Of a DNA stretch of 64,000 nucleotides, positions 1-12,294 are shown one piece after another. This DNA is from Stegostoma tigrinum. Lineage: Eukaryota. Positions within the stretch are counted from its first letter, which is position 1; the number at the start of each line of letters is the position of its first letter. The stretch lies in the NCBI RefSeq assembly GCF_030684315.1, contig NC_081371.1, positions 26,221,440 to 26,285,439 of the forward strand. The letters are read 5' to 3'. Under the pieces are notes generated by a model. The model had not been told where the DNA came from, searched no databases, and saw nothing but the letters and a program-made list of their open reading frames with translations. A program made the translations under genes and the position numbers.

Positions 1-887
1 GGGCCATCAGATGATGTTGGGGCAAACAGCTGAGTTAGGAATGAAGACTGCAAGGGAAATTCAGGAGGTTAATGTTTGAATAGATAAGGGGATATTTCAA
101 TGACATGGACTACAGGAATGACATCTTCTGTGAAGGATATCCAGGAGACAAAAGATGATTCAGTGAAAATGTAATGTGCAAATCTGATCCAAGGCCCACA
201 ACCCTGAGGCAGAAAATCCTCCATTCTTTCAAGTCCAAAGCTAGAGGATTCTGGGGTATTGTAAAAGTCCAGAGTGTCTGCATTTATGAAGTCAGATATG
301 GAGATAAAGTAGTGATAAAAATAATATTGCTTAATAAAGAATTGCATAATGGGATAACTATGAAGGAAAAAGGCTAAGGGTAAGATGACTTTATGTAAGG
401 TAATATTTCTGAAATAATTAATGTTGAAGTTGAATTAGCTTCATGTAAGTTAACGTCATAAACAGTTGTGTGGCAGAGACAAATTCTTTATTATATTTTG
501 TATGGGACAGATGTGCAAATGAGTTAGGACCAAGCCATTGAGACCATTCAATAAGATCATGATGATCTGATTATTCCTTATACCAGCCTACCTGCAATAA
601 CATTTTGGCCCCTTGCTCATCAACAATCTATTACATCTGCATTAAAAACATTTGAAGAGCCTGCTTCTATCATCTTTGGAGGAGAAGAAAGCTCATAACC
701 CTCTACGAGAAAAGAATTTTTCTCAACTCGGTCATAGATGGTTGATTTCTTATTTTTAAACAGTAAACCTCAAGTTCTAGATTCTCCCACAAGTAGTAAG
801 TTCCTTTCCATATCCACTTTGTCAAGACCCCTCAGGATTTTACATATTTCAATTAAGTTGCATCTTACTCTTTTAAATTCTGCTAGA

Positions 888-2552
888 CGAAAACAAAAAC
901 GACAATGTTGTCGAGAAGAATACTAAGATACAGGCTACTAGACTAGGTGGGATGGAGGTTCACAAGCAAGAGGTATTAGAAATCCTTCAGAGGGTGAAGA
1001 TAGATAAGTCTCCTGGGCCAGATGGGATTTATCCTAGGATCGTCTGGGAAGCCAGGGAGGAGATTGCTGAGCCTTTGGCATTGATCTTTAACTTGTCATT
1101 GTCTACTGGAATAGTGCCAGATGACTGGAGGATAGCAAATGTGGTTCCCCTGTTCAAGAAGGGGAGTGGAGACAACCCTGGTAATTATAGACCAGTGAGC
1201 CTTACTTCAGTTGTTGGTAAAGTGTTGGAAAAGGTTATAAGGGATAGGATTTATAATCATCTAGAAAAGAATAAATTGATTAGGGATAGTCAGCAAGGTT
1301 TTGTGAAGGGAAGGTCGTGCCTCACAAACCTTATTGAGTTCTTTGAGAAGGTGACCAAACAGGTAGATGAGAGTAAACCAGTTGATGTGGTGTATATGGA
1401 TTTCAGCAAGGCATTCGATAAGGTTCCCCACAATAGGCTATTGTACAAAATGCAGAGGAATGGAATTGTGGGAGATATAGCAGTTTGGATTGGAAATTGG
1501 CTTGCTGAAAGAAGACAGAGGGTGGTAGTTGATGGGAAATGTTCATCCTGGAGACCAGTTACTAGTGGTGTACCGCAAGGGTCGGTGTTGGGTCCACTGC
1601 TGTTCGTCATTTTTGTAAATGACCTGGATGAGGGCATAGAAGGATGGGTTAGTAAATTTGCAGATGACGCCAAGGTCGGTGGAGTTGTGGATAGTGACCA
1701 AGGATGCTGTAGGTTGCAGAGAGACATAGATAAGCTGCAGAGCTGGGCTGAGAGGTGGCAAATGGAGTTTAATGCAGACAAGTGTGAGGTGATGCACTTT
1801 GGTAGGAGTAACCAGAATGCAAAGTACTGGGCTAATGGTAAGATTCTTAGTAGTGTAGATGAACAGAGAGATCTCGGTGTCCATGTACACAGATCCTTGA
1901 AAGTTGCCACCCAGGTTGACAGGGCTGTTAAGAAGGCATACAGTGTTTTAGCTTTTATTAATAGAGGGATCGAGTTCCGGAACCAAGAGGTTATGGTGAA
2001 GCTGTACAAAACTCTGGTGTGGCCGCACTTGGAGTATTGTGTACAGTTCTGGTCACCGCATTATAAGAAGGATGTGGAAGCTTTGGAAAGGGTGCAGAGG
2101 AGATTTACTAGGATGTTGCCTGGTATGGAGGGAAGGTCTTACGAGGAAAGGCTGAGGGACTTGAGGCTGTTTTCATTCGAGAGAAGAAGGTTGAGAGGTG
2201 ACTTACTTGAGTCATATAAAATAATCAGAGGGTTAGATAGGGTGGATAGGGACAGCCTTTTTCCTAGGATGGTGACGGCGAGCATAAGAGGGCATAGCTT
2301 TAAATTGAGGGGTGAAAGATATAGGACAGATGTCAGAGGTAGTTTCTTTACTCAGAGAGTAGTAAGGGAATGGAACGCTTTGACAGCAACGGTAGTAGAT
2401 TCGCCAACTTTAAGTACATTTAAGTCGTCATTGGATAAGCATATGGACGTACATGGAATAGTGTAGGTTAGATGGGCTTGAGATTGGTATGACAGGTCAG
2501 CACAACATCGAGGGCCGAAGGGCCTGTACTGTGCTGTAATGTTCTATGTTCT
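888..2552 (+). mobile_element. Young 5'-truncated CR1 LINE with intact 3' UTR and (ATGTTCT)n tail
   Basis: Open RT frame across the element, 3' UTR ending TAATGTTCTATGTTCT, and a short flanking duplication CTAGA at 883-887 and 2551-2555. Confidence 0.93.
952..2466 (+). CDS. CR1 ORF2 reverse transcriptase, C-terminal 504 aa (endonuclease domain absent)
   Basis: Motifs KSPGPDG, NYRPVSLTS, YMDFSKAFDKV, GVPQGSVLGP, FADD and HLEYCVQFWSP, with no stops. Confidence 0.85.
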   Translation: MEVHKQEVLEILQRVKIDKSPGPDGIYPRIVWEAREEIAEPLALIFNLSLSTGIVPDDWRIANVVPLFKKGSGDNPGNYRPVSLTSVVGKVLEKVIRDRIYNHLEKNKLIRDSQQGFVKGRSCLTNLIEFFEKVTKQVDESKPVDVVYMDFSKAFDKVPHNRLLYKMQRNGIVGDIAVWIGNWLAERRQRVVVDGKCSSWRPVTSGVPQGSVLGPLLFVIFVNDLDEGIEGWVSKFADDAKVGGVVDSDQGCCRLQRDIDKLQSWAERWQMEFNADKCEVMHFGRSNQNAKYWANGKILSSVDEQRDLGVHVHRSLKVATQVDRAVKKAYSVLAFINRGIEFRNQEVMVKLYKTLVWPHLEYCVQFWSPHYKKDVEALERVQRRFTRMLPGMEGRSYEERLRDLRLFSFERRRLRGDLLESYKIIRGLDRVDRDSLFPRMVTASIRGHSFKLRGERYRTDVRGSFFTQRVVREWNALTATVVDSPTLSTFKSSLDKHMDVHGIV

Positions 2553-3691
2553 AGATACAAGCCTAATCTGTTTAACCTTTCTTCATAAGACAATCCACTC
2601 ATTCCAAGTATTAGTCTATTAAACATTTGCTGAATTATTTCTAATGCACTTATATGCTTCCATAAATAAAGAGTCCAATACTGTACATTATACTCCAGAT
2701 GTGTTCTCATTAATATTCTATATGTCTGAAGCACAATCTCCCTAAATTTGTATTCAATTCCTCTCGTGAGAAATTGTGTTCTATTAGCTTTTGTAATTAC
2801 TCCTTATACCTGCATATTGACCTCTGTAATTCACACACTAGGAAAACCATCCTCTGTATTTTAGACCTCTGAAATCTCTCACCATTAAGAGAATATGTTT
2901 CATTTTTGTTATTCCTGCTGAAATGGACAGTTTCACATTTTCCCACAGTATACTCCATTTGCTGGATCTCTGCAAACTCAATTAACCTATTTGTAATCTC
3001 CTTATGTCATCTTCACAACTTACTCAGCTATCAATTCTGGTGTCCTTAGCAAATGTAGCTGTCATGCTGTTGGCCCTCTTCTTCCAAGACATTTATACAA
3101 ATTGTAAATTTTGAAGTACCCATATTGATCCATATGTTGCACCAATTATTACATCTTACTAACCAGAGAATGATTTATTTTTGCCCACACTCAGTTTCCT
3201 TAGCCAGCCATTCTTCTATCAATGCTAATATGTTACTCTTTACCATGAGCTTTTTTTTGGAATAATCTAACAACCTGAGAACTATCTTCTGAAAGTCCAA
3301 GTACTGTACACCCTAATAGTGCTCCTGATTCTCAGCACATGTTTTCTTTCAAAGAAGTCCAATAAATTGTTTAAACATGATTTTTTCTTTCACAACAAAT
3401 GTTGTCTCTGCCAGATTACCTTGAATGCCAGAAGCCCTGCTATTAACATCTTGAATAATGCTTCTAACATCTTCACTATGAAAGATGCTGATTAAATTGG
3501 CCAGTAGCTTCCAGTTTTGCTTCTTTCTATTTTCCATTCTAGTGTATTCTATATAGCCCTCAAGAGTCCTATCAATGTAAACTCTAGTTATGCAATAAGT
3601 CATCTTGTGAACAAATGACGAGTGCTTTTTTCGCAGTGGCCTATCCTCTACTACTGTTTCAATTAATCCGAGACACAATATAGGGAAAGGA

Positions 3692-3977
3692 GAGATAATG
3701 GGAACTGCAGATGCTGGAGATTCCAAGATAATAAAATGTGAGGCTGGATGAACACAGCAGGCCAAGCAGCATCTCAGGAGCACTTCTGGTAGTGAACAAT
3801 ATCAACATCTGGTACCCTGAACTAAATACTGGCAGAAGTGGCAGATACCACGAGGTGCCAGCAGTTCACAATCAGAGCAAATTTGTGCTCCTGAGATGCT
3901 GCTTGGCCTGCTGTGTTCATCCAGCCTCACATTTTATTATCTTGGAATTCTCCAGCATCTGCAGTTCCCATTATCTC
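3692..3977. mobile_element. Inverted pair of PLE (Neptune-type) terminal sequences around a 101-bp unrelated spacer
   Basis: Arm 3692-3783 is a near-perfect reverse complement of 3885-3977. The arms match the terminus of the PLE at 51221-51314. Confidence 0.85.
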
Positions 3978-6900
3978 AAATTCACAGAAAAACAGGTAAG
4001 GTTCTTACATGATTCATGCCAACTAAAGTAGTGGAATGTGAGGAGCAAATGTAGTAAGTGTCAATAATAGCAATAAATGACCAAAGTTCATTTTTAATCA
4101 AATTCAGTGTGCTTAGATTCACACTGGATTTATTGGAAGAGTACTTTCTGTTCAACTTTCATTCAGTATGCTATAAGCTGTATTTTCAACATAGACCTGT
4201 TTGCTGCATGTGTGTCATTGTCAACCTACCAACGGGTTGAATCTTGAATTGAGCATCAAATGTGAAACTTGCATCATTTTAAAATGTTAATCTCTGGTGT
4301 TTGCAATTTTCATTAAATTTTCCAGGAAGTTTTGGGATTTGTTTGCAACTAACTCTGTCTTAAACTTAAGGAAAAAACTCAGTATTTAACAATATATTTC
4401 AAAATCTGTTCTTTCCTGTTTCTAGTTGTATTCTGGAGAAGGTATTATGAGTAAAAAAACATTCTTGTTAACTGTACACAGCAAAATGCTGCCCAATACC
4501 AATTTCTCCCAGTTTCAAACAGGAGGTCATTCATTAAAATCTGAAATCTACCGCCTGAGAATATAGTGGAGTCTGGTTGGATTGAGGCATTCAAAATAAA
4601 GTTGAATTATTCTCTGAAAAGGAAAATCCAGCAGGGTAAAAGTCAAACTGTAGCACTCTGTAATTTATTCATTTCAAGAACACTTCAGATTTAGCAGACC
4701 AAATGTGCTGCAGCAAATCTGTACTGCTATGATTTGTGATTTCAATTAGGATGTGAAATATATGCTAATCTGGGCAGCAACAGCCCATGAAATAATTTTT
4801 AAAAATCAGGAGACCTTTTTTGTTAATTAATTATGTCAGTATTTTGTACAGTTATGGAAGTCTTTTCAACAAAATGATTAAAACATTTCACCAAAAGTAG
4901 CCAGTAATGCCCTAGAATGCAACAATAGAGATAAACAAGGCACTTTAGCAGTGTTGAGATCAGAAATAATAGATATCCTCACTTTCAATTGAGAAAGTAG
5001 CCTGGGGTTTGAAAAAAAGTGAAGAAATGAAGCAGTTTGAACATTTTTGAAAAATATTTATGATGTTGGTTTATGAAGAAAGAAAGAAATGAAGAAATTG
5101 ATTGAAGAAATGAAATCAACAGCTTCAAGTATGTTGAAAGCCACCTGCAGTTTACAAAGAAAAAGTTTGGAGAAGGCAAGCAAAGTTTTCAAGGAGTTGA
5201 GAGATAGAGTTCATGGAGTATGCTAACTGGAAGACCTAATTTTGAAAAGACTAGGGCACATCTATGTTAATTGTGGTCTGATTTTCTTGACTTAAGCTTC
5301 TGTTTTAAAGGTCTAAGTCAGTTAGTAAAGAAAACATTCCAGAGTTGGAAGTTTCTCGCCTGAATATTTTTTTTCTCTCAGATGTTTCTGGGAACCTGAT
5401 AAAGTTTGTAAATGCCAGCATTTCTGACAAACTTGTAAATCCTGAATAGCTGGGCTACAACTATTTTCCAAAGGTTCATTTCCAGTTTGATTGAAATCAC
5501 AACTGAAGTTTGCTCATTAGTCTTTGGTTATCAACAATTCATTATAATTTTCCTTTGTTTCTAATGAGTTTACTTTACCCCATTTTGCCTTAATCTAAAC
5601 CATTATCTCGACAGAATATATTGTCTTCTTAAGTTGTGTCGGTGTTTGGGGTTAAGAGGATATAGTTTTAATTCTGGATTATCACTGAAGTGTTAAGCAG
5701 TGTTTGTCATTTGTTTTAAGAATACGTTTTGCTGATCAAATCAACACATTTATAGCGATAGTGCGACTGATGGAGTAGTGGGTCTTGATTATCAGCACGT
5801 TAAGATGCTTGATTTTGTTAATTCATTTTACAATCAGACCAATGTGAATTAGCCTGGGGCAAAACCTGGGGATTACTTTACCTCAGCGAACCTCAGCATT
5901 GTGTCTGACACATTCTGGACATTTTGTCCCAAATGAAACACAATAGAGATATTCCAGATATGATCAGTACACACAGAATGAACTATGTACTTTTTTTGAA
6001 CTCCAGCTTGCAATGTATTTAACATTTTAGTTTAATTATCAGTAAAGCAAATTTTCTTTTTCTCTGCAATTCATGTGGTTCATACTGTTCTTTGTAGATG
6101 ATGACAGGTTTTGACAGCTGTCTTCTTAATGAGGAATGGTGGGACATGGACAAGGGGCAGAGGTGGTGCTCTAAAGGAGACTTACAGGTGAACCGTGGTC
6201 CATATGAATTACCTTACACTTTGACCTCATGTAGCCAGTGATGTAGCTGAGAGTAGCTCATGAGCATAAGCCACAGAATCATTTATATTATTACACAAAG
6301 TGATAAAAGCTGGACTTAGATTTTGAAAAACATTGCATCTACTTAGACATTGATAAAATGAATATCTATCTTTCTTCACTATTGAAAAACACGAAAAATT
6401 GAAGGCATCTTCAAGAGAAGCATGAGTTACGTGTAGAAAAACGGTAATTCTTTTCATTGACGAAGTCTTTTCAGAATTCTCCACTGATGATTTGAAGGCA
6501 ATTTGCATGCAGGAACTTGCAGAAAAGAACTCATGACATTTTCAGCTTCACAACAATCACTATTCTAGATTGCTGCCTGTTATCAGGACCTATCCTTCAA
6601 AGCTGACATTTGCACTGGAATGGCCAAGTGACATCCTTTTTATGACAGCATGATAAATTCTAGCATTTCCAGATTGAATCCATGTCAATAATCACATTAC
6701 AGAAGGATGGGGCCACAGCTCAGAAAATTCAGCACTTCCTGTGATAGGGCACCTGCTATTAATAGATCAGTTATAGATTTACTTTTATACATACAGATAC
6801 ATACAGTTACAAGTTATAGATTTAGATCGGAACAAAAGGCCAGGATTTAAAGTGATGTGAAAAAGAAGCAAGGGTGAAGTGAGGAAAATCTTTTTTATTC

Positions 6901-7299
6901 AGCAAAACGTTAGGATTGAAATGCGCTGCCTAGAAGTAGTTCAATTGAGGCATTCAAGAGAGTAATGGATGATCATTTGCATAATTTTGATGTGAAATAA
7001 TATGGAGAAAAGCAGGAGATTGGAAGGGGTAATAACGCACATTTAATGAACCAGTGCTGATACAAGGGGCTGAATGATTTTTTATTTGCTTCATGGCATA
7101 CCACTCTTGTGATTCTGTAATGTTACTGATATAAGGATACCAGTCTCGAATCTAAATCTGACTGGCAAAGGAATGAAGCCGAGACTTTTTTGAGAAAGCC
7201 TGCTAAGTGCCAATTTTTCCACAGTAGAGTGGTATCATCTTTGAATGAGTGGGCATTTTATAGTAACGGAGAGGGTAAAGGAAGGAAATGTGATTGATA

Positions 7300-7422
7300 T
7301 GCCTCCAATTCTCTTTTTGATCTGGACATCCTCTGCTCGCTGTGATCTGCCTGTACCACTGGTAAACAAAGCTTTACACTGTATCTTGGTACATGTGACA
7401 GTAAATCAATCAATCAGTCAAT
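7300..7422 (+). mobile_element. Short LINE 3' tail (Rex1/L2-like) ending in (CAAT)n
   Basis: CACTGTATCTTGGTACATGTGACAGTAAATCAATCAATCAGTCAATCA; clade assignment from recognition only. Confidence 0.5.
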
Positions 7423-7439
7423 CAGGATTTGTACAGGAA

Positions 7440-8215
7440 TGTGTCAATAAGGGCAGATGAAATTTAGTGCAAAGAAATGTGAAGCATTTCATTTTGGTAG
7501 GAAAAATGAGTAGGGGCACATAGCACTAGAGTGCAAATCTAAATAAGACATAGAAGGACAGAGACTTTGGGATATTTGTACACAAATCATTGAAGATAGC
7601 AGAGCAGATTTATAACATAGTTGATATGAGATACTGGGCCTTATGAAATTTGCATAGTGTACAAAGACAAGAAGCTATGATAAGCCTAAAAAAGTCATTG
7701 GTTCAGGCTCAACGAGAGTATTGTGTCTGCACTTTAGGAAGAATATGATTAAAGATTATACAGAAAAGATTAACAAAAAGGCTTTCAGTGTTCAGAAATT
7801 TCATACATCTTTAATAGATGAAACTGGGGCTCTTTGTCTTGGAGAAGACTCTTATAGCAGATTTGAGAGTGTTGTTCAGAATAACTGAGGTGCCTGAACG
7901 ATGGATAAGGAGAAATTGTTTCTTTTGGTAGAAGGGTTAAGAACTAGAGGACACTGATTTAAGATTGTTGGCAGAAGAAGCAATATTGACATGAAGAGAA
8001 TTTTCTATGCAGTGGTTAGGATCCAGAATGCACTCCCTCAGAACTGAGGTGGAAGCAATTCAAAAGAGAATTGAATAATCATCTGAAAATGAAAGGTTTA
8101 CAGACTACAGAGAGAAAGTGGGCTATGGGACTAGTTTAATTGCTCTTGCAGAAAGCTGCTACAGATAAGGCAGACTGACTGCTGAGTTTCTATACTGTAT
8201 ACAGTCTATGATTCT
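7440..8215 (+). mobile_element. Old CR1 3' fragment
   Basis: Degenerate CAGATGAAATTTAGTGCAAAGAAATGTGAA (W-Q-M-x-F-N-x-x-K-C region) and a terminal TCTATGATTCTA tail. Confidence 0.65.
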
Positions 8216-9186
8216 ACAATGGAAAGCTGAAGATTACTATTTTACTTTCACTTACTAGTGCACTTCCAGCGAATTGCTCTAATTATTAATGGAATCAATC
8301 TTGCTGCCAATCTTTGGTTTCCGCTCTGTGACTCACTGTCTATCTTAAAACGTCCCACCTTCTATTTCCTCTCTATCCCTATCTTCTCATTCACTTCTTC
8401 CCAACTCTCTGAACCTGCTCTTTGTTACTGCCTGATTCCTCTTTCCTTACACACCATTTCCCCTCTTCCTCATCCTCCATTTTCCCTCTTCCTTATGCTT
8501 AATTCTCCTCATCATTCCCTACAATTTCTCTGATCCCTTGTTTCTGTTTGCTCTGTCTCCAACCCTCCAAGTCCCCTCCTTCCCACCCTCTGATCCCCAT
8601 CTTCCCCATCCTCTTATACCCCCTCTGTCTGTTTGCCTGTGGCCTCCTAGTTCTCAGCACAGGTAGAACAACAGCTGCTGACATGAAACTAGGGAGTGAA
8701 AGAGTAAACTACATTTATAGGGTAAATGCATAAGTATTTTTAGAAATCATGTCATCATGTGATTGGGTTTTCCATCATCAGATCAGTGGGTGGAAATTGA
8801 CAATTCAAGAGATGAGATGAAAAATTTCAAGGTAATCTTGGTTAATCTTTTCAAAAGTCATTTGGAGCAATTACAAATGATAAATTGTAAAATCAGTAAC
8901 AGATTTGTTGAATAATCAAAGGCAAAGGGGGACTTTGAACGTGGTAGTTTCCCACTATGAAACAGCGTCATTCAGTGGCTAGACTCTGCAATTCAAGAAG
9001 TTTTCAGTGTTTGCTGAGAATGAGCCCAGCACTTTACTGCACTGCTGAGATTATTATTGGAAATTTCATTTATGTACCACTCATATGGGAATAGTCACTG
9101 AAAAGTGTAATTGGTGGGTTCTTTTAACATGAGAATATTTATATGAAAATAATGTTACATAACATTTTCAATGCAAGATGCTTTAG

Positions 9187-9420
9187 GATCACTGAATCCC
9201 TACAGTGTGAAAGCAGGCCATTCAGCCTATTGAGACCACATCAACCCTCTCAAGATCATCCCACCCAGCCCATCACACTACTCCATCCTTGCATTTCCAA
9301 TGGTCAATCCACCTAACCTACATATCTTTGGACTGTGGGAGGAGACAGTTGCCTAAGGCTGGAATTGGACCTGGGTCACTTCTGCTGTGAGGCAGCAGTG
9401 CTAACCGCTGAGTCACTGTT
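9187..9420 (-). mobile_element. HE1-like tRNA-derived SINE, internally deleted
   Basis: The reverse complement has a tRNA-like head (TCAGCGGTTAGCACTGCTGCCTCACAGC), the core CTCCCACAGTCCAAAGAT and a CR1-like tail. Same family as 17362-17713. Confidence 0.75.
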
Positions 9421-10627
9421 AGGCATGCCAATTTTAACACCTTCAATATTTAGACGGAATTGGAGAGTAAGGAAATGTAGGTAGAAAAAATGACTGAAGA
9501 ACTGCAAACAAGAGATGTCTTTAAATGGGAGCAGGGACAGTAGGGAGAGAGAAGACATAGGAATGAGGATGGGGGTCAGAATGGTTGTGGTGAGAAGGGG
9601 ACACTGAGGACAAGGGGTGGGAAAGTGAGGAAGGGGAAGGGTGAGGATGAGGGGTCGGTGGGTGTGGAGCAGCGGGGGTTGGTGAAGGGACATGAGGGAA
9701 CAACCAATCTTTTCCTTCTCTCATTCACATCACTGCCAATGAAACCTTTTTTGAATTACAACTATTCAAGCAGTGTCTGCAGCTTCATTTTGCTGATCAA
9801 GTGATAAATGATTGCAAGAAGAGATCTTTGAAATTATTCCCTGCCATTATCAAGGAGGGGTTTCACAGAATTAATACATCTGGACTCTACATGCACAAAT
9901 AGAAAGATCCAGAAAAGATCTGACGGCACTCAAAGATAGGCTCAAGGTAAGAATGAACCTTTAAATTCATACCAACAGAAACTAATGTCTATTGATAAGT
10001 TTTTGACAGGACGCTGCAACAAAGGGTATGAATGTAATTTATCTAAAGAAGAACCCTCAAGGAGGCTCATCAAATTAGCTATCACCATTAAACTGATTAA
10101 GACGTGCAAGAATGGTCTACTGAGCAAGGAAAAGGGCCATATTATCAAAGCTTGATTGAAGATGGATGCAGACATGAAGTCATTGTGGCAAGATGACCAC
10201 TAAAATTTATTCAATTGTATTGATTCTTCAATACTCTCAAAAAGCTTCTGTCATTAAAATCTTGCAATATTGCAACCCCAGAAAAGATGAGATTCTGAAA
10301 TTGGATGCGTTTGAAACAAACTTATGTATATGTTTTTTTGCAAAGTGAAAAACCTGTAACTTTGTTCATCACCTTTGCTCTATTGATTAACGTACACAGA
10401 TCCCTGTCCATGAAGGAGAAAGTGAGCTTTCCTTTCCTCTAGCTCATTGTTTGGTAAAAACAGTTGAATACCATAGCATGAGAGGTCATTTCTGGCTTAC
10501 AACATAGAAATTATATTCAGCTGGCCTTAAAATATGGAACCCAAGTTTTGAAAGTGCATTATCCCAGCAGTGGTTAAATCTTCCACCTCTCTGGCTGTGT
10601 GATTCCCCAAGAAAAATAAGAGCCCTA

Positions 10628-11370
10628 GATGTAAGTTGGTTCGCTGAGCTGGAAGGTTCGTTTTCAGATGTTTCATCACCATTCTAGGTAACATCATCAG
10701 TGAGCCTCCAGTGAAGCGCTGATGTTATGCCTCACTTTCTATTTATGTGTTTAGGTTTCCTTGGGTTGGTGATGTCATTTCCTGCAGTGCTGATGTCATT
10801 TCCTGTTCTTTTTCTCAGAGGGTGGTAGATGGGCTCCAAATCAATGTATTTGTTGATGGAGCTCCAGTTGGAATGCCATGCTTCCAGGAATTCTCGTGCC
10901 TGTCTCTGTTTGGCTTGTCCTAAGATGGATGTGTTGTCCCAAACAAAGTGGTGTCCTTCCTCATCTGTATGTAAGGATACTAGTGATAGTGGGCCATGTC
11001 TTTTTGTGGCTAGTTGATGTTCATGTATCCTGGTGGCTAGCTTTCTGCCTGTTTTTCCAATGCAGTGTTTGTCACAGTTCTTGCAAGGTATTTTGTAAAT
11101 GACGTTCGTTTTGCTTGTTGTCTGTATAGGGTCTTTTAAGTTCATTAGCTCCTGTTTTAGTGTGTTGGTGGGTTTGTGGGCTACCATGATGCCTAGAGGT
11201 CTGAGTAGTCTGGCAGCCATTTTTGAGATGTCTTTGATGTGGGGGAGAGTGGTTATGGTTTCTGGGCACGTTTTGTCTGTTTGTTTGGGTTTGTTGCTGA
11301 GAAATCGGCGGACTGTGTTCATAGGGTACCCATTCTTTTTGAATATGCTGTATAGGTGATTTTTTTTCTG
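10628..11370 (-). mobile_element. Penelope/Poseidon-type PLE 3' fragment with GIY-YIG endonuclease
   Basis: ORF 10732..11322 contains NVIYKIPCKNCDKHCIGKTGRKLATRIHEH...REFLEAWHS. The terminus carries a hammerhead motif. Confidence 0.9.
10664..10703 (-). ncRNA. Minimal hammerhead ribozyme motif in PLE terminus
   Basis: Minus strand reads UCA-CUGAUGA-U-GUUACC-UAGAAU-GGUGAU-GAAAC-AUC-UGA: conserved core, 6-bp stem II and 3-bp stem I. Confidence 0.75.
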
Positions 11371-12294
11371 CTCTTTGAGCCCAATTGCCTAACTAATAGC
11401 ATGAAGCATGGAAGATTGCATGAGAAAGGTCACGCCATAACAGGCCGTACGTCATGGCTCTGGCATAACAAAATACTGCACTGCACATGGATAAATTGTG
11501 TTCAATAATTTTAGACTAGTATCCTTAAATTAATAGGCCCTGGAAAAAGTTGTGTGAATACGTGAGAAACAGAACAGATGTGATAAAGGCAAACCATGTT
11601 TGACAAATTTAGCTGAATACGTTGATTAAGTACCAAAGGGTTTACAAAGATAGTACTGTTTTATATAACAAGACATTAAAATGCATAAAAGATCAATGTA
11701 CCACACATAATACATATTACAACAAATAAACTCACCAGAAAACTACAATTATAGAATTAAAAAGGCAATGTCAATGTGGGTAGAACGTTATCTACCAGAC
11801 AGAAAGCAAAGAGTAGTCAATAGTTACCATTCAAACTAGATGGAAGTCAACTGCAGCATTTTGAGGGAGTCATTATTAGGGCCATTGCTGTATTTGATTT
11901 GTATTAATTGAGTATATTTTGGCACACAAATCATCATTTTAACATTTTCAGCTCATACAAAGCTTGGCTATGCAGTAAACAGTCAAGAATAGCAGACTGC
12001 TGGGGACGACAGATTGGTGAAATGGACAGATATGCAGAAGATGCAATTACATGCACAAAAATATGTAATAATGTATTTTGGTGGGAAGAATAGGGAGATG
12101 CAATATGAACTGAATACTACTGTTTTAAAGGAAATTTGGAAATGGATCTAAGAATGTACTGCGTCAATTTTAGAAGTGGAGTAGGAGGAGCAGCACGAGT
12201 TGAAAAAGTTGTCAATAACAACAACTACAGAATCTTGCACAGCAATAAAATTAAGATAAACGTCTGTAAGTCACTGGCCAGGCATCAGCATTCT

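Larger units (their letters stand above)
520..3545 (-). mobile_element. Old degenerate CR1-type LINE 3' portion, interrupted by the younger CR1 at 888-2552
   Basis: Minus-strand ORF 2468..2734 resembles the CR1 ORF2 C-terminus (HLEYNVQYW...SYEERLNRLGLY). The sequence reads through across the insertion (aaattctgctaga|tacaagcc). Boundaries approximate. Confidence 0.7.

Noticed and set aside
1290-2009. 239-aa minus-strand ORF, and similar ORFs at 58136..58741 and 56806..57147
   Set aside because: Antisense shadow frames of CR1 ORF2 that recur in every copy; no independent gene evidence.
8340-9700. Pyrimidine-rich (8340-8640) and purine/G-rich (9530-9700) tracts with Pro/Leu-rich ORFs
   Set aside because: Low-complexity sequence. 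The ORFs are compositional artefacts, and I could not establish true complementarity between the tracts.
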